23,396 nucleotides of DNA from Paramicrosporidium saccamoebae KSL3 (Eukaryota; Fungi; Cryptomycota), in contig MTSL01000149.1 of assembly GCA_002794465.1 (NCBI GenBank), positions 62,244 through 85,639 of the forward strand, in the 5' to 3' direction. The position numbers and the translations under genes are program-made. Positions 9,390 to 17,648 of the stretch are shown in pieces. Under the pieces are notes generated by a model, which saw only the letters and a list, made by a program, of their open reading frames with translations, ran no database searches and was not told the DNA's origin. Every line of letters starts with the position of its first letter. Position 1 is the stretch's first letter.

Positions 9390-10415
9390 ATGACCGTTGA
9401 CTCTGGGTTCCCAGCCCATCTCTTCCCAGCCAGCTTCACTCTGCTGTACTGTCCGTTTGAAGAATGCACTCAGGAGATACCGTTTACTGATCCATCTGCT
9501 CTCCTGACCCACGTGGAAGAGCTGCACAAACTCAAAGTCCAGGATCCTGCAGGCGTGATACCTTTCCTGGACCGGTATCTGGCTGCCCTCGTCAGCAACC
9601 CAACCGAAGAGGATACTGCACGCCGGGAACGTCTCCAAAGCCATCGTCTACAGGAGATACTTGCCTTGCAGGCTGTGGAGCGTAATACGCAGCACCAGAA
9701 GGGACGCCACTGCCTCTTTTGCTCGGTGCATCTCCCGACGAGTCAGCTGTTTGACCACATGTTCCAGGAACACGGCTTCAATATCGGCCAACTGGATAAT
9801 CTGGTCATGGTAGGCGAGTTTCTCGACACGCTCCAAGCAAAACTGGACAAGAATACGTGCATTTATTGCGAAAAGGACTTTCCCAATGGAACAGTGCTGC
9901 GCAAGCACGTTAAGAACAAGAACCATTATAGGATCCATCCTCAGAACCACGTCTATGACAAATATTATGTGGTAAACTATTTACAAGTTGGACGTTTGTA
10001 TGACGAAGACGCTGCACGCGGTGAAAGAGAGGAACCGAAGAGTGAAACAGGTGAGGAGGAATGGGCTGAACTGGTGGATCCGGTGGATGAGCGCACAACC
10101 TGTCTGCTCTGTCCACACACGACATCTGATGCGGAAGAATGTATTGCCCATCTCTCCTCGGCCCATTCCTTCCCGTGGGACGTGATCCGTGCTCTTGACA
10201 CATATGAGGCCATCAAAGTGATCAATTATATCCGGGTGCGTGTTGCCGAGCTCGCTTGCATCTATTGTGAGATGGAATTTGGAGTTGAAGAAGAGATGGC
10301 ACAGCACCTACAGACTCATTCACATTGCGTCCCTGAACGGAAATTGTGGGATAATCCGCGTTTTCTGTTTCCCATCTACGAGGATGATCCCCTGCTCTGT
10401 CACCTCGACGAATGA
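9390..10415 (+). CDS. ZNF277: ZNF277-like C2H2 zinc finger protein
   Basis: HMFQEHGFNIGQLDNLV...EFL..LQ.KL....CIYCEK.F...LRKH...KNH..I.PQN..YDKYYVVNYL and the C-terminal FPIYEDDPLLC match ZNF277. Confidence 0.85.
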   Translation: MTVDSGFPAHLFPASFTLLYCPFEECTQEIPFTDPSALLTHVEELHKLKVQDPAGVIPFLDRYLAALVSNPTEEDTARRERLQSHRLQEILALQAVERNTQHQKGRHCLFCSVHLPTSQLFDHMFQEHGFNIGQLDNLVMVGEFLDTLQAKLDKNTCIYCEKDFPNGTVLRKHVKNKNHYRIHPQNHVYDKYYVVNYLQVGRLYDEDAARGEREEPKSETGEEEWAELVDPVDERTTCLLCPHTTSDAEECIAHLSSAHSFPWDVIRALDTYEAIKVINYIRVRVAELACIYCEMEFGVEEEMAQHLQTHSHCVPERKLWDNPRFLFPIYEDDPLLCHLDE

Positions 10416-10569
10416 GCATATATGAGAGTAGATGGGAGTAAATTAGTAGACGAGTAATCCGGATAATTCAGATAACGGACAACTCGGGTGACACGGGTAA
10501 TTTAGGTAAAGTTATGTACATTACGCATTGATGAATACGTGCATTCAATTAAAAAGTCATGTACAGGCT

Positions 10570-10692
10570 TACTTGTAGCACGATAACTAGAGAGACCTGT
10601 TTGAATGTTATAACTCGTGAATAATACAATTATGCATACCTATTTACACATGACTCATGGGCATTACAACTACGCCGGCCTATTTACAATGT
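10570..10692. repeat. Degenerate ~40-nt tandem repeat (2 clear units plus 1 decayed) ending in the CBS-gene stop codon
   Basis: 10609-10648 versus 10649-10688 match at 28/40 positions without gaps, and both end CCTATTTACA. A more decayed copy ends ACCTGTTTGAATG near 10607. Confidence 0.7.
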
Positions 10693-11499
10693 GTGCCTCT
10701 TTAAAAAAGAGATTATATGGTGTAGGTGGAGGATGCCCACGGGTCGGGCGTAGGAATCGAGACGCCACACGTGATGAGCTTGATGTTGCAGAATCTTTTT
10801 TAGCACATCGCCACAGGTGAGGGACTCACTACAAGTCAACAGGCTAGGAGGGGTGCCATCCTCCAAATACACAGTGATTGGTAGGGCCAGTTCGTCCTGG
10901 ACAGAGTGGAAATCAGCCAACGTCACATTTCCCACCAACAAACCCCGTCGATCAACCAGCCCAACCACACCGGAAGACGTTGGGGCCAGAAGTGTCTGGA
11001 GACATTCGGATGCCCTGCAGTTGTGGGGCAGCAATGGCGGGTCTGACTGCCAATCTAGCTTTGTGGCGGACAGATCCATCACACAGTCCAAATGGTAGCC
11101 ATAAATATACAAATAATGCAAGACATCGGCTGCTGTGATCACCCCCGCCACTAGATCATCCATTAGGATTATCGGATCCAGCCAATCATCGTCCCACAAT
11201 TCCAGCAGTCTTGAAATGGAATCTTCCAACCCGCAGGTCTTGGAGGTCTTCATCTCCACAAGGGAACAGACGGCGTCTATGGAGTTGTGGAAATACCATC
11301 GCAGCACATCTTCCAGACGGAGCCACGAGATGCGATCCTGCTGCTGCACCAGCAAATTACGAATGCCATATCGATTGTAAGCCTCCATGCAGGCACCCAC
11401 CCGCACATCCTCAGTCACACTAAACACCACTTCCGCGTCTCTCCTTGCTCGCCATACATCTTCTGCTCGATGTTCTTCCAGCCATCTCCGCAGCTGCAT
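10684..11499 (-). CDS. Tandem CBS-domain protein (Sds23 / AMPK-gamma-like fold)
   Basis: CBS-like segments AGVITAADVLHYL, VGLVDRRGLLVGNVTLADF and HHVWRLDSYARPVGILHLHHII. The likely ATG is 11499 (MQLRRWL); the upstream ORF-track extension overlaps CenH3. Confidence 0.75.
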   Translation of the reverse strand: MQLRRWLEEHRAEDVWRARRDAEVVFSVTEDVRVGACMEAYNRYGIRNLLVQQQDRISWLRLEDVLRWYFHNSIDAVCSLVEMKTSKTCGLEDSISRLLELWDDDWLDPIILMDDLVAGVITAADVLHYLYIYGYHLDCVMDLSATKLDWQSDPPLLPHNCRASECLQTLLAPTSSGVVGLVDRRGLLVGNVTLADFHSVQDELALPITVYLEDGTPPSLLTCSESLTCGDVLKKILQHQAHHVWRLDSYARPVGILHLHHIISFLKRHTL

Positions 11500-11535
11500 G
11501 ATTGGCTGCCGTTTGGCGGGAAGGTCCCCGGTCCG
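11500..11535. promoter_or_regulatory. 36-nt bidirectional gap with a CCAAT box and an E2F-like site
   Basis: GATTGGC at 11500-11506 and TTTGGCGGGAA at 11512-11522 (reverse complement TTCCCGCCAAA), between the ATGs at 11499 and 11536. Confidence 0.5.
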
Positions 11536-12044
11536 ATGCCTCCTCGGCCGATGAGCAGTAAAACGCTCCCAGCCCGCGACGTTGGACGCACTCCCCGGGC
11601 AACGCCGTCCAAGACCACACCTGCGCGCAAACAACGTACCGATCCATTGATTTCTGACTGTAGCGCGATCGAGCTCGCCAAGGGCGCGACGGTACCGTCC
11701 CGGAACGGTGGCATTGCGAGAAATCCGCTATTACCAAAAGACTTCGGATTTGCTGCTGCGGAAGCTGCCGTTTGCGCGGCTGGTCCGGGAAGTAGCCACG
11801 GATTTTATCAGCACCCAATGGTCTGATGGAGTGGGTCTCCGTTGGCAAAGCCACGCCATTCTCGCACTTCAGGAGGCTGCCGAGGCGTTCCTTGTGCATT
11901 TGTTTGAGGACGCGTATATACCCCGTCCCCTGCTTATTATGTAGTAATCTGTGTGCGATTCATGCGAAACGTGTAACTATAATGCAGAGGGATATTCAGC
12001 TGGCCCGTCGCATCCGAGGCTCGCAGGGCGGGGTCACTTTATAG
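11536..12044 (+). CDS. CENPA: Centromeric histone H3 variant (CenH3/CENP-A/Cse4/Cnp1); exons 11536-11635, 11664-11913, 11945-12044
   Basis: Divergent short N-tail, then [18 protein letters not shown], an extended loop 1 ([16 protein letters not shown]), [13 protein letters not shown] and [15 protein letters not shown], all CenH3-type rather than canonical H3. Introns 11636-11663 (28 nt) and 11914-11944 (31 nt). Alternative ATG at 11551. Confidence 0.93.
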
Positions 12045-12099
12045 GGCCGGGTTACTTTATAGTAGCGTCATAGTAACGTCACGGTAGTGTCCGGTGGTG
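12027..12099. repeat. 18-nt duplication containing the CenH3 stop, followed by ~11-nt tandem repeats
   Basis: GGCGGGGTCACTTTATAG (12027-12044, ends in the stop) / GGCCGGGTTACTTTATAG (12045-12062), then TAGTAGCGTCA / TAGTAACGTCA / CGGTAGTGTC. Confidence 0.85.
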
Positions 12100-12132
12100 C
12101 GTGTGTTGATATTGACTAAACATATTTTGATT

Positions 12133-12624
12133 TTACTCAAATGTCGTGTCAGTGGTGTATCGGCGGGGAATGTTTCCATTGGGAAAGTATTTCCCTACCG
12201 TCGGCAATTCTCTGGGCGCCTATTCAGTCAGCAAACAATGCATGCGACATACAAACTGTCCTTTAATCGGGCTTTCATACCGGCTCAGCCAATGATGCAC
12301 CAGGAACATTCCTCCAAAGAATCCACCCAATCCTCCCAGCACCCAGCTCACCCCATAAGTGGTTTCGTGATCAAAGCTCCACATGGTTAGCGGCTCGTAA
12401 TCCTCCGGCATTGCCTCGCCAAAGTTCCGTCGGTTCTGTTGGTCAAAGTAGGTGGCATATGGGTCGCGGAGTTGCTGGCTTTCAGCGGGGACGTTTGGAT
12501 AGTCGCCGATCATGCGCGGGTCGTCCTCTGCTTGCGGCCAGCGGTACCAGTCCGGGTGCATGATCCGCGGCATTGGTACCATCGGTGGTCTCAGTCCACT
12601 GAATCGACGAACAATCCTCAGCAT
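12133..12624 (-). CDS. NDUFB8: NADH:ubiquinone oxidoreductase (complex I) subunit NDUFB8/ASHI; exons 12624-12253, 12219-12133
   Basis: Presequence-like start, GDYPNVPAESQQLRDPY..YFDQQNRRNFGE, one TM segment, and APRELP after intron 12220-12252 (33 nt). Confidence 0.85.
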
Positions 12625-12650
12625 TAACCGTCAATCCATTAATTTTAAAC

Positions 12651-13031
12651 ATGCTGTTAAAGGCGCATTTGTTCCGACGGCTGTATCCGAGTCAGAGTCA
12701 GAGCCAGTCCAGGAGGCTGTATCAGAACCAGGCGCATCCGCAATTGTTCAGACAGGTGGTCCAGCTTACTGACGGTTCCACCGTACGTATCGTTTCGCTC
12801 ACAAAGAACAGGCCGTTTGTAAAGGCGGGGGTGGACTCGCTGACACATCCGTCGTGGAATCCACAGCTCCGCAGTCGCATGATGCTCAGTGAGCATGGAG
12901 AGGTTGCCAAATTCAAGGAGCGATTTGAGGAAATGGATGACTTGGATGCATACGATGGACTTGTATCAGTAGGGAGGGACCATCTAATACCCGTCAAGAC
13001 GACCAAAAAAGTTGCTAACAAGAAAAAGTAG
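12651..13031 (+). CDS. MRPL36: Mitochondrial ribosomal protein bL31m (yeast Mrpl36-like)
   Basis: Arg/Ser-rich presequence-like N-terminus followed by LFRQVVQLTDGST...D...HPSWNP, typical of mitochondrial L31. Confidence 0.75.
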   Translation: MLLKAHLFRRLYPSQSQSQSRRLYQNQAHPQLFRQVVQLTDGSTVRIVSLTKNRPFVKAGVDSLTHPSWNPQLRSRMMLSEHGEVAKFKERFEEMDDLDAYDGLVSVGRDHLIPVKTTKKVANKKK

Positions 13032-13110
13032 GTATTAATAGAAATTGTGACTTTATCCCTCGTCCCTACACACGGTGTACTATATAGGTCGTGACGTACT
13101 CACTCATTCT

Positions 13111-15576
13111 CTATTTTGCTATCCATGGGATAGAGTGTCGTGTACACCACAATTTTACAAGCTGCGTATCAACCTGAGTAAACTCATAGATCGCCTTGGA
13201 TGTACGTACCATCAGTGTCTTTGGATGCCAGCCGCCACCAGATCCAACACTCTTTGGCAACATTGCTAGCTTTCTATCTGACACGCCCTGGAAGAGGATG
13301 CAGATTGGCGTCAGAAACAATCTTCCCGGTATCGGCAGCGTCCTCTTCAAATAACACGACAGAATGCATACGGAATCGTCGGGAACGAACAAAGAAAATA
13401 ATAAAACAACTTCCTTATGGGGCGATGGGAAGCTCATTACATCAGTAAATGAGACAGTCAGCAACTCGTAGTCAAAAGTCAAAAAGACCTCTGCTCGTCT
13501 GCAGAGTCTTCGCGTCAATAATTCTGCAGTATTGGCGTATCCAATGGGAAGTGGCACTACCAGCTGTTGCAGCTGATCGGATTCGTAGCGGAGCACCAGA
13601 AACGACCAGCACCCGATTCGCCAACAGCAGGCATTACGCGAAGATTCCAGTGGAAACGAATGGATTGGTTTCTGCCGGGTACATGACAAGCGGAGTAGCA
13701 GGGCAGCATCATCATGTAACAAGTGCATTTCCACTGTCCTGCCGTAGGCAAAGCGCAGGTCCATGGAAGAGTAGCCGTTATTATTATTGTCGATTCTCGT
13801 CGAAATTGACTCTAATGTCCCCGTCCCGGCAATAAAAAGGGGACAATCTTCAGTTGTGAAAATCATGACAATGCAGTCATTAATAGTTAGCATCGCCGGT
13901 TCTTGATTCCAAATGACTTGTAACCTCAAGTTTTCCCAGGAACCAGACTTTTTCACTCGCGCATATTCAAAGGAAAACACTCGAGAATCTGAACGTACAG
14001 ACAGTGTCCCAAAATCATCAGCAAATGAAATGTTCACGTCTTCAATGTCCTCGCTACTCTTAGGAATCATATCAAAGGACTTTTCAAAGTCTTCATCTCT
14101 CATTGGCAAGTCTACCATTGACCGACTAATTCGAGTCTCTCCCAGCGTGTGGGGCGTCAGCAGGTCCTCGGCGCTGTGCTGTTCTGCTAGCACCAAATCT
14201 ACAGATTGTGCAGCGGGGATTGGGGATTGATTAGCTTTGGTAAAGTTATACCAGGCAATTTTTAAATTATTCCAATTCACTCCTCCTTCTAGCAACGGCT
14301 GTTCTGTTAGCTTGAGGTTAGCCGAAAACTTCCAATCGGTCGCTGTGAGGGGATCGGTGCAAATGAACACTTCCCAGCTGATGGAAAATCCATCCTTTGA
14401 TGTTTCCAGCGGATATAGTACGTTTTGGGGTATTTTCTTTACAGGCAGAGTCATCTGAAACAAAACAGTCCTCTTGGAGTATCTCCTCCTCCTCTGCAAA
14501 AGCGAGACGTAGATATCAGCGACTTCAATGTCGGTAAGAGCAAACTGTTGAGAGAACATCAATGGAATAGTCTCTTCAGGCTGAAACTCTTCGCCTCTCT
14601 CTCGCACCGTGCCCATCCCAACGACACATGACATTGTCGCCAGTGTTCCAACCCTCTCCAAAACGGCCTTTTCCAACTTTACCGAAATGATTCGAACACG
14701 CACAAATCTGCGGGTAGACTTCCAGAGAGGGATGAAGAGCAAGTCTTTTGTGGTTGCCGCCTCAGGTCGGAAGATGAGTGGCTGGTAGTTTGGGAAAACG
14801 GCTCTATTGCGCACCAGACTGGAGATTACCAGAATCAAGACGTTGGAGAGTCGCTCTAATGTTTGCTCTTCATACTCTAGTGAGAATGTAATGGTGGGCA
14901 GCTCTGAGATCATACACAGGATCCTTGAGGATGGAAAGTCAGTTAATCGAAGTAGCACTTGGCCATCAAAACGATTTACGCGCAGCTTGGTCGCCATCCG
15001 TCCGAGTCGAAGTCCAGCCATTGCCGCCAGAAAAAAGGACGCATCTCCCTCGTACTCCACGTCTAGTCTCAAATCCAGTCCATCCTTTCCATAGTTGGTG
15101 CTAACCGCCTTGACATAGGGGGCCTTTTTCCCCAAAACAAAGTCGCGTAAGGCCAAATCTGCCTAGACTCATCAGACCACGTGATTTAATACAAGGAGTT
15201 TTCTGCTCTCGGTGAGGAAATCAACCAACTTGTCCTCGATGCGACCAATGATGAGTTCTTGGATCAACTGGGCCATTTGGGATTCGGCAGAATTAAAAAT
15301 CACCATGTCTAGGACCGTATTTAGCCATTCGCAAGTCTCTTCCAAAGCGTCCTCGAAATGTGGGGGAAGAATCTAAACGTTTAAATACCTTGGTTTGAAT
15401 ACTTTTGCATTGCGGGCTGGAAGCGTAAAAGGGCTACTTGTTCTCCGTGATAGACTCCAGTCGAGATATCCTTGTGCAAGCAGGATAAATAATAGAGAGA
15501 ATAGACAAGCAATGGCAGAAAGAGCGGCTAGGAATCCATATACAAAACTTGAAAGGCACGACACGAGTATTATCAT
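13111..15576 (-). CDS. Membrane-anchored SMP-domain lipid-transfer protein with a C2-like region and a C-terminal GRAM/PH-like domain (~800 aa); exons 15576-15403, 15372-15193, 15162-13111
   Basis: N-terminal hydrophobic anchor (SFVYGFLAALSAIACLFSLLFILL), SMP start ETCEWLNTVL, LRDFVLGKKAPYV and LDVEYEGD, a C2-like FVRVRIISVKL region, and C-terminal LSCYLKRTLPIPGRLFLTPICILF (GRAM-like). Introns 15373-15402 and 15163-15192 (30 nt each). Additional in-frame introns cannot be excluded. Confidence 0.72.
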
Positions 15577-15710
15577 GGACGCACTGTCAAAGTTCACATT
15601 AATTTACGATTATTTTGTGAATTGGGAACTTGTAGTAAAGAATAGATGGAGTATCCCAAAATGCCTTTTGAATCTTACATTTATTAAAGCGTTTTTCAAG
15701 CATGAACCTT

Positions 15711-15791
15711 TTTACTGAATTTTATATCCATTCAGGAGCTTTCCAACAATGTGTCTTTCTACTGAGTCTTGCCTCCATTCGGGGCGTTTCC
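15711..15791. repeat. Imperfect 47-nt-period duplication in the 3' flank of the secreted protein gene
   Basis: 15711-15744 versus 15758-15791 match at 24/34 positions without gaps (shared ACTGA and TCCATTC.GG...TTTCC). Confidence 0.55.
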
Positions 15792-15879
15792 TGTGTATCC
15801 AGATTTGCATTCAAGTGTTTATTCAAATTAATTACATTGTTGTGCCACTTCCCCACCCACCCATATAGATCAGCTCGTA

Positions 15880-17289
15880 TCAGTAACGCATGCGATGATA
15901 GTCCATGGACATTGTGTGAGAAGCTTGGTATGCCGGAGTATGGCCGCCATGGGCACTGGTAGTCGGCGTCAAAGTTTCTGACGTATCCGTCTCAAATTCA
16001 ATGCTGCCCCCAGTAGTAGTGATTGGTACCTTCTTTATCACCGAACTGGTAATCTCTTCAGTGATCACAGTGGTTACGGTAATAGTCTCCTCAGTAGTCG
16101 GCCAAGAGGGCGCGTATTGAGTGATTTCAGTGACTGTCATAGTCGTTGCATCGCTACATTCTGGACAGGGAGAACAGGACAGTGATTCAGTATTGTCCTT
16201 TTCAGGTGGCATGGTAAGGGTCTCAGTCACGGTCGTCCAAACTGTCAATCCATTGAGCTCAGTTGATGTACTCACACTGGTTACCACAGTCAACGGTGTC
16301 TCGAAAACGGTGGAAATCTCTGTAACAGTAACTTCGGACGTGACTGGAGCAGTGGTGATTGGCGATTCAGGACTAGTCACAGTCTCCACAACTGTAGTAA
16401 CGATAGTGCTAACCGTTGAATCAGTAGTTCCAATCGTCACAGTTGTTACCGTAGGGACTTCATTTGTCACAGTGCTAGTGACTACTACCACTGAAGTACT
16501 TATATCAGGTGTCGTTTCTTCGGGTGTAGTTTCGTCAGTTGGCGTCCAGTCAGTTGTAGTTTCGTCAGTTGGAGTCCAGTCGGTTGTGGTTTCGTCAGTT
16601 GGAGTCCAGTCGGTTGTAGTTTCATCGGTTGGAGTCCAGTCAGGTGTAGTCTCGTCGGTTGGAGTAAACTCGGTCGTTATTTCAGTCGTCATCTCGCTTG
16701 TGGTGCTTAAACATGTGTTGGGTTGCTCCGGAATGGGTCTGCGGGGTGGCTTGATAATGATGATATCGACACATCCAACAAAGATCTCTCCACTGTCAGT
16801 CTCCATTCTCCACTGTACGAAACATTCGCCAAATTCACAGGCCGGAGTGTCGACTGGTAACATAATATCCACATCGATCCTGCCCGGTCTCATCCCGCAT
16901 GCACCCCGCCACAGTGCAGAATCACCTCTCATTCCAGGACACATCAGTGTTACTTGGCACTGTGACATACTTGAGGTTGCAATCATCCACCCGACTGCCA
17001 TTTGGTCACCAGCCTGGATTACTCTTGCTGTTTCACGGTCATGCGGGATTCCACCACATGGCATCTCGCAGAAGCCCGGTGGGCGTGAGTCCTTCCCTAC
17101 CAGAACGCTGAGCTGTTGCATGGATTTTCGCATGATCTGGTCACCCCCCATATCACGCACGGGCTTGGGACACTGGTTTAGAAAGTCGGGTTGAATACGA
17201 CGTGGTTCGGGGTTGCAAAAGTAGCCATTGGCGGAGGTGCGGCCGAAAAGGAGCGAGGCAAGCAGGAGACTTCCGCAGACAAGCTTCAT
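15880..17289 (-). CDS. Secreted protein: signal peptide, Cys-rich LPMO-fold-like domain lacking the His brace, and a long Thr-rich mucin-like region
   Basis: Signal peptide MKLVCGSLLLASLLFGRTSA, then NGYF..PEPR, PCGG, AGDQMAVGW, CQVTL, LP...C...C.VQW and EIFVGCVDI, followed by ~270 aa rich in Thr/Ser/Val/Glu. The gene is well supported; the fold assignment is inference. Confidence 0.7.
   Translation of the reverse strand: MKLVCGSLLLASLLFGRTSANGYFCNPEPRRIQPDFLNQCPKPVRDMGGDQIMRKSMQQLSVLVGKDSRPPGFCEMPCGGIPHDRETARVIQAGDQMAVGWMIATSSMSQCQVTLMCPGMRGDSALWRGACGMRPGRIDVDIMLPVDTPACEFGECFVQWRMETDSGEIFVGCVDIIIIKPPRRPIPEQPNTCLSTTSEMTTEITTEFTPTDETTPDWTPTDETTTDWTPTDETTTDWTPTDETTTDWTPTDETTPEETTPDISTSVVVVTSTVTNEVPTVTTVTIGTTDSTVSTIVTTVVETVTSPESPITTAPVTSEVTVTEISTVFETPLTVVTSVSTSTELNGLTVWTTVTETLTMPPEKDNTESLSCSPCPECSDATTMTVTEITQYAPSWPTTEETITVTTVITEEITSSVIKKVPITTTGGSIEFETDTSETLTPTTSAHGGHTPAYQASHTMSMDYHRMRY
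16521..16670 (-). repeat. Coding 30-nt (10-aa) repeat x5, consensus TPTDETTTDW
   Basis: The 30-nt period is visible in the DNA and in the translation TPTDETTPDW (TPTDETTTDW)3 TPTDETTPEE. Confidence 0.95.
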
Positions 17290-17520
17290 TTGTACAGTCC
17301 CCTACCCGACTCGTCCCAATTTATAGCGCATTGGTGAGTGCCCGCCCACTCTAAGGTTACTATTCTGGTACTGCAGGTCTATCCCCAAATAGGAAAGATT
17401 CCATATTAAGAATATTGCATGTTGTGGTCCAAAATAGTAGTAAGATGATTAGCTGGATATTTGCAAAATTGATACTTTGCTTATGCTTTACCATCTTTCC
17501 CACTATGCGAAGATACTCTC

Positions 17521-17580
17521 ACCACCCACCACCACTCATAACCACTCATCACTACCCACCACCACCCATCATTAACCAAT
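17521..17580. repeat. 10-nt C/A-rich tandem repeat x5-6
   Basis: ACCACCCACC / ACCACTCATA / ACCACTCATC / ACTACCCACC / ACCACCCATC / ATTAACCAAT. Confidence 0.85.
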
Positions 17581-17648
17581 ATAATACATCTGTATGGCTA
17601 TGGGCCATTTATTGATTAGTCCATAGAAGCATTAAAGTGTCAGCTTAT

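Noticed and set aside
11287-11826. 179-aa plus-strand ORF as a separate gene
   Set aside because: Only 11536-11635 is used (CenH3 exon 1); the rest is antisense to the CBS gene or out of frame with the histone fold.
13032-13110. Stop-anchored repeats in the bL31m/SMP gap (also checked 22026-22110, and near 10416, 15870 and 17610)
   Set aside because: Only short or weak matches that could be chance in AT-rich DNA; not counted as support for the duplication pattern.
15395-15718. 107-aa plus-strand ORF
   Set aside because: It overlaps the first exon and upstream region of the SMP gene on the opposite strand, is AT-rich, and has no recognisable motif.
16121-17194. 357-aa plus-strand Val/Ser-rich ORF
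   Set aside because: It is the antisense shadow of the Thr-rich minus-strand gene; ACN-rich codons leave the opposite frame stop-poor.
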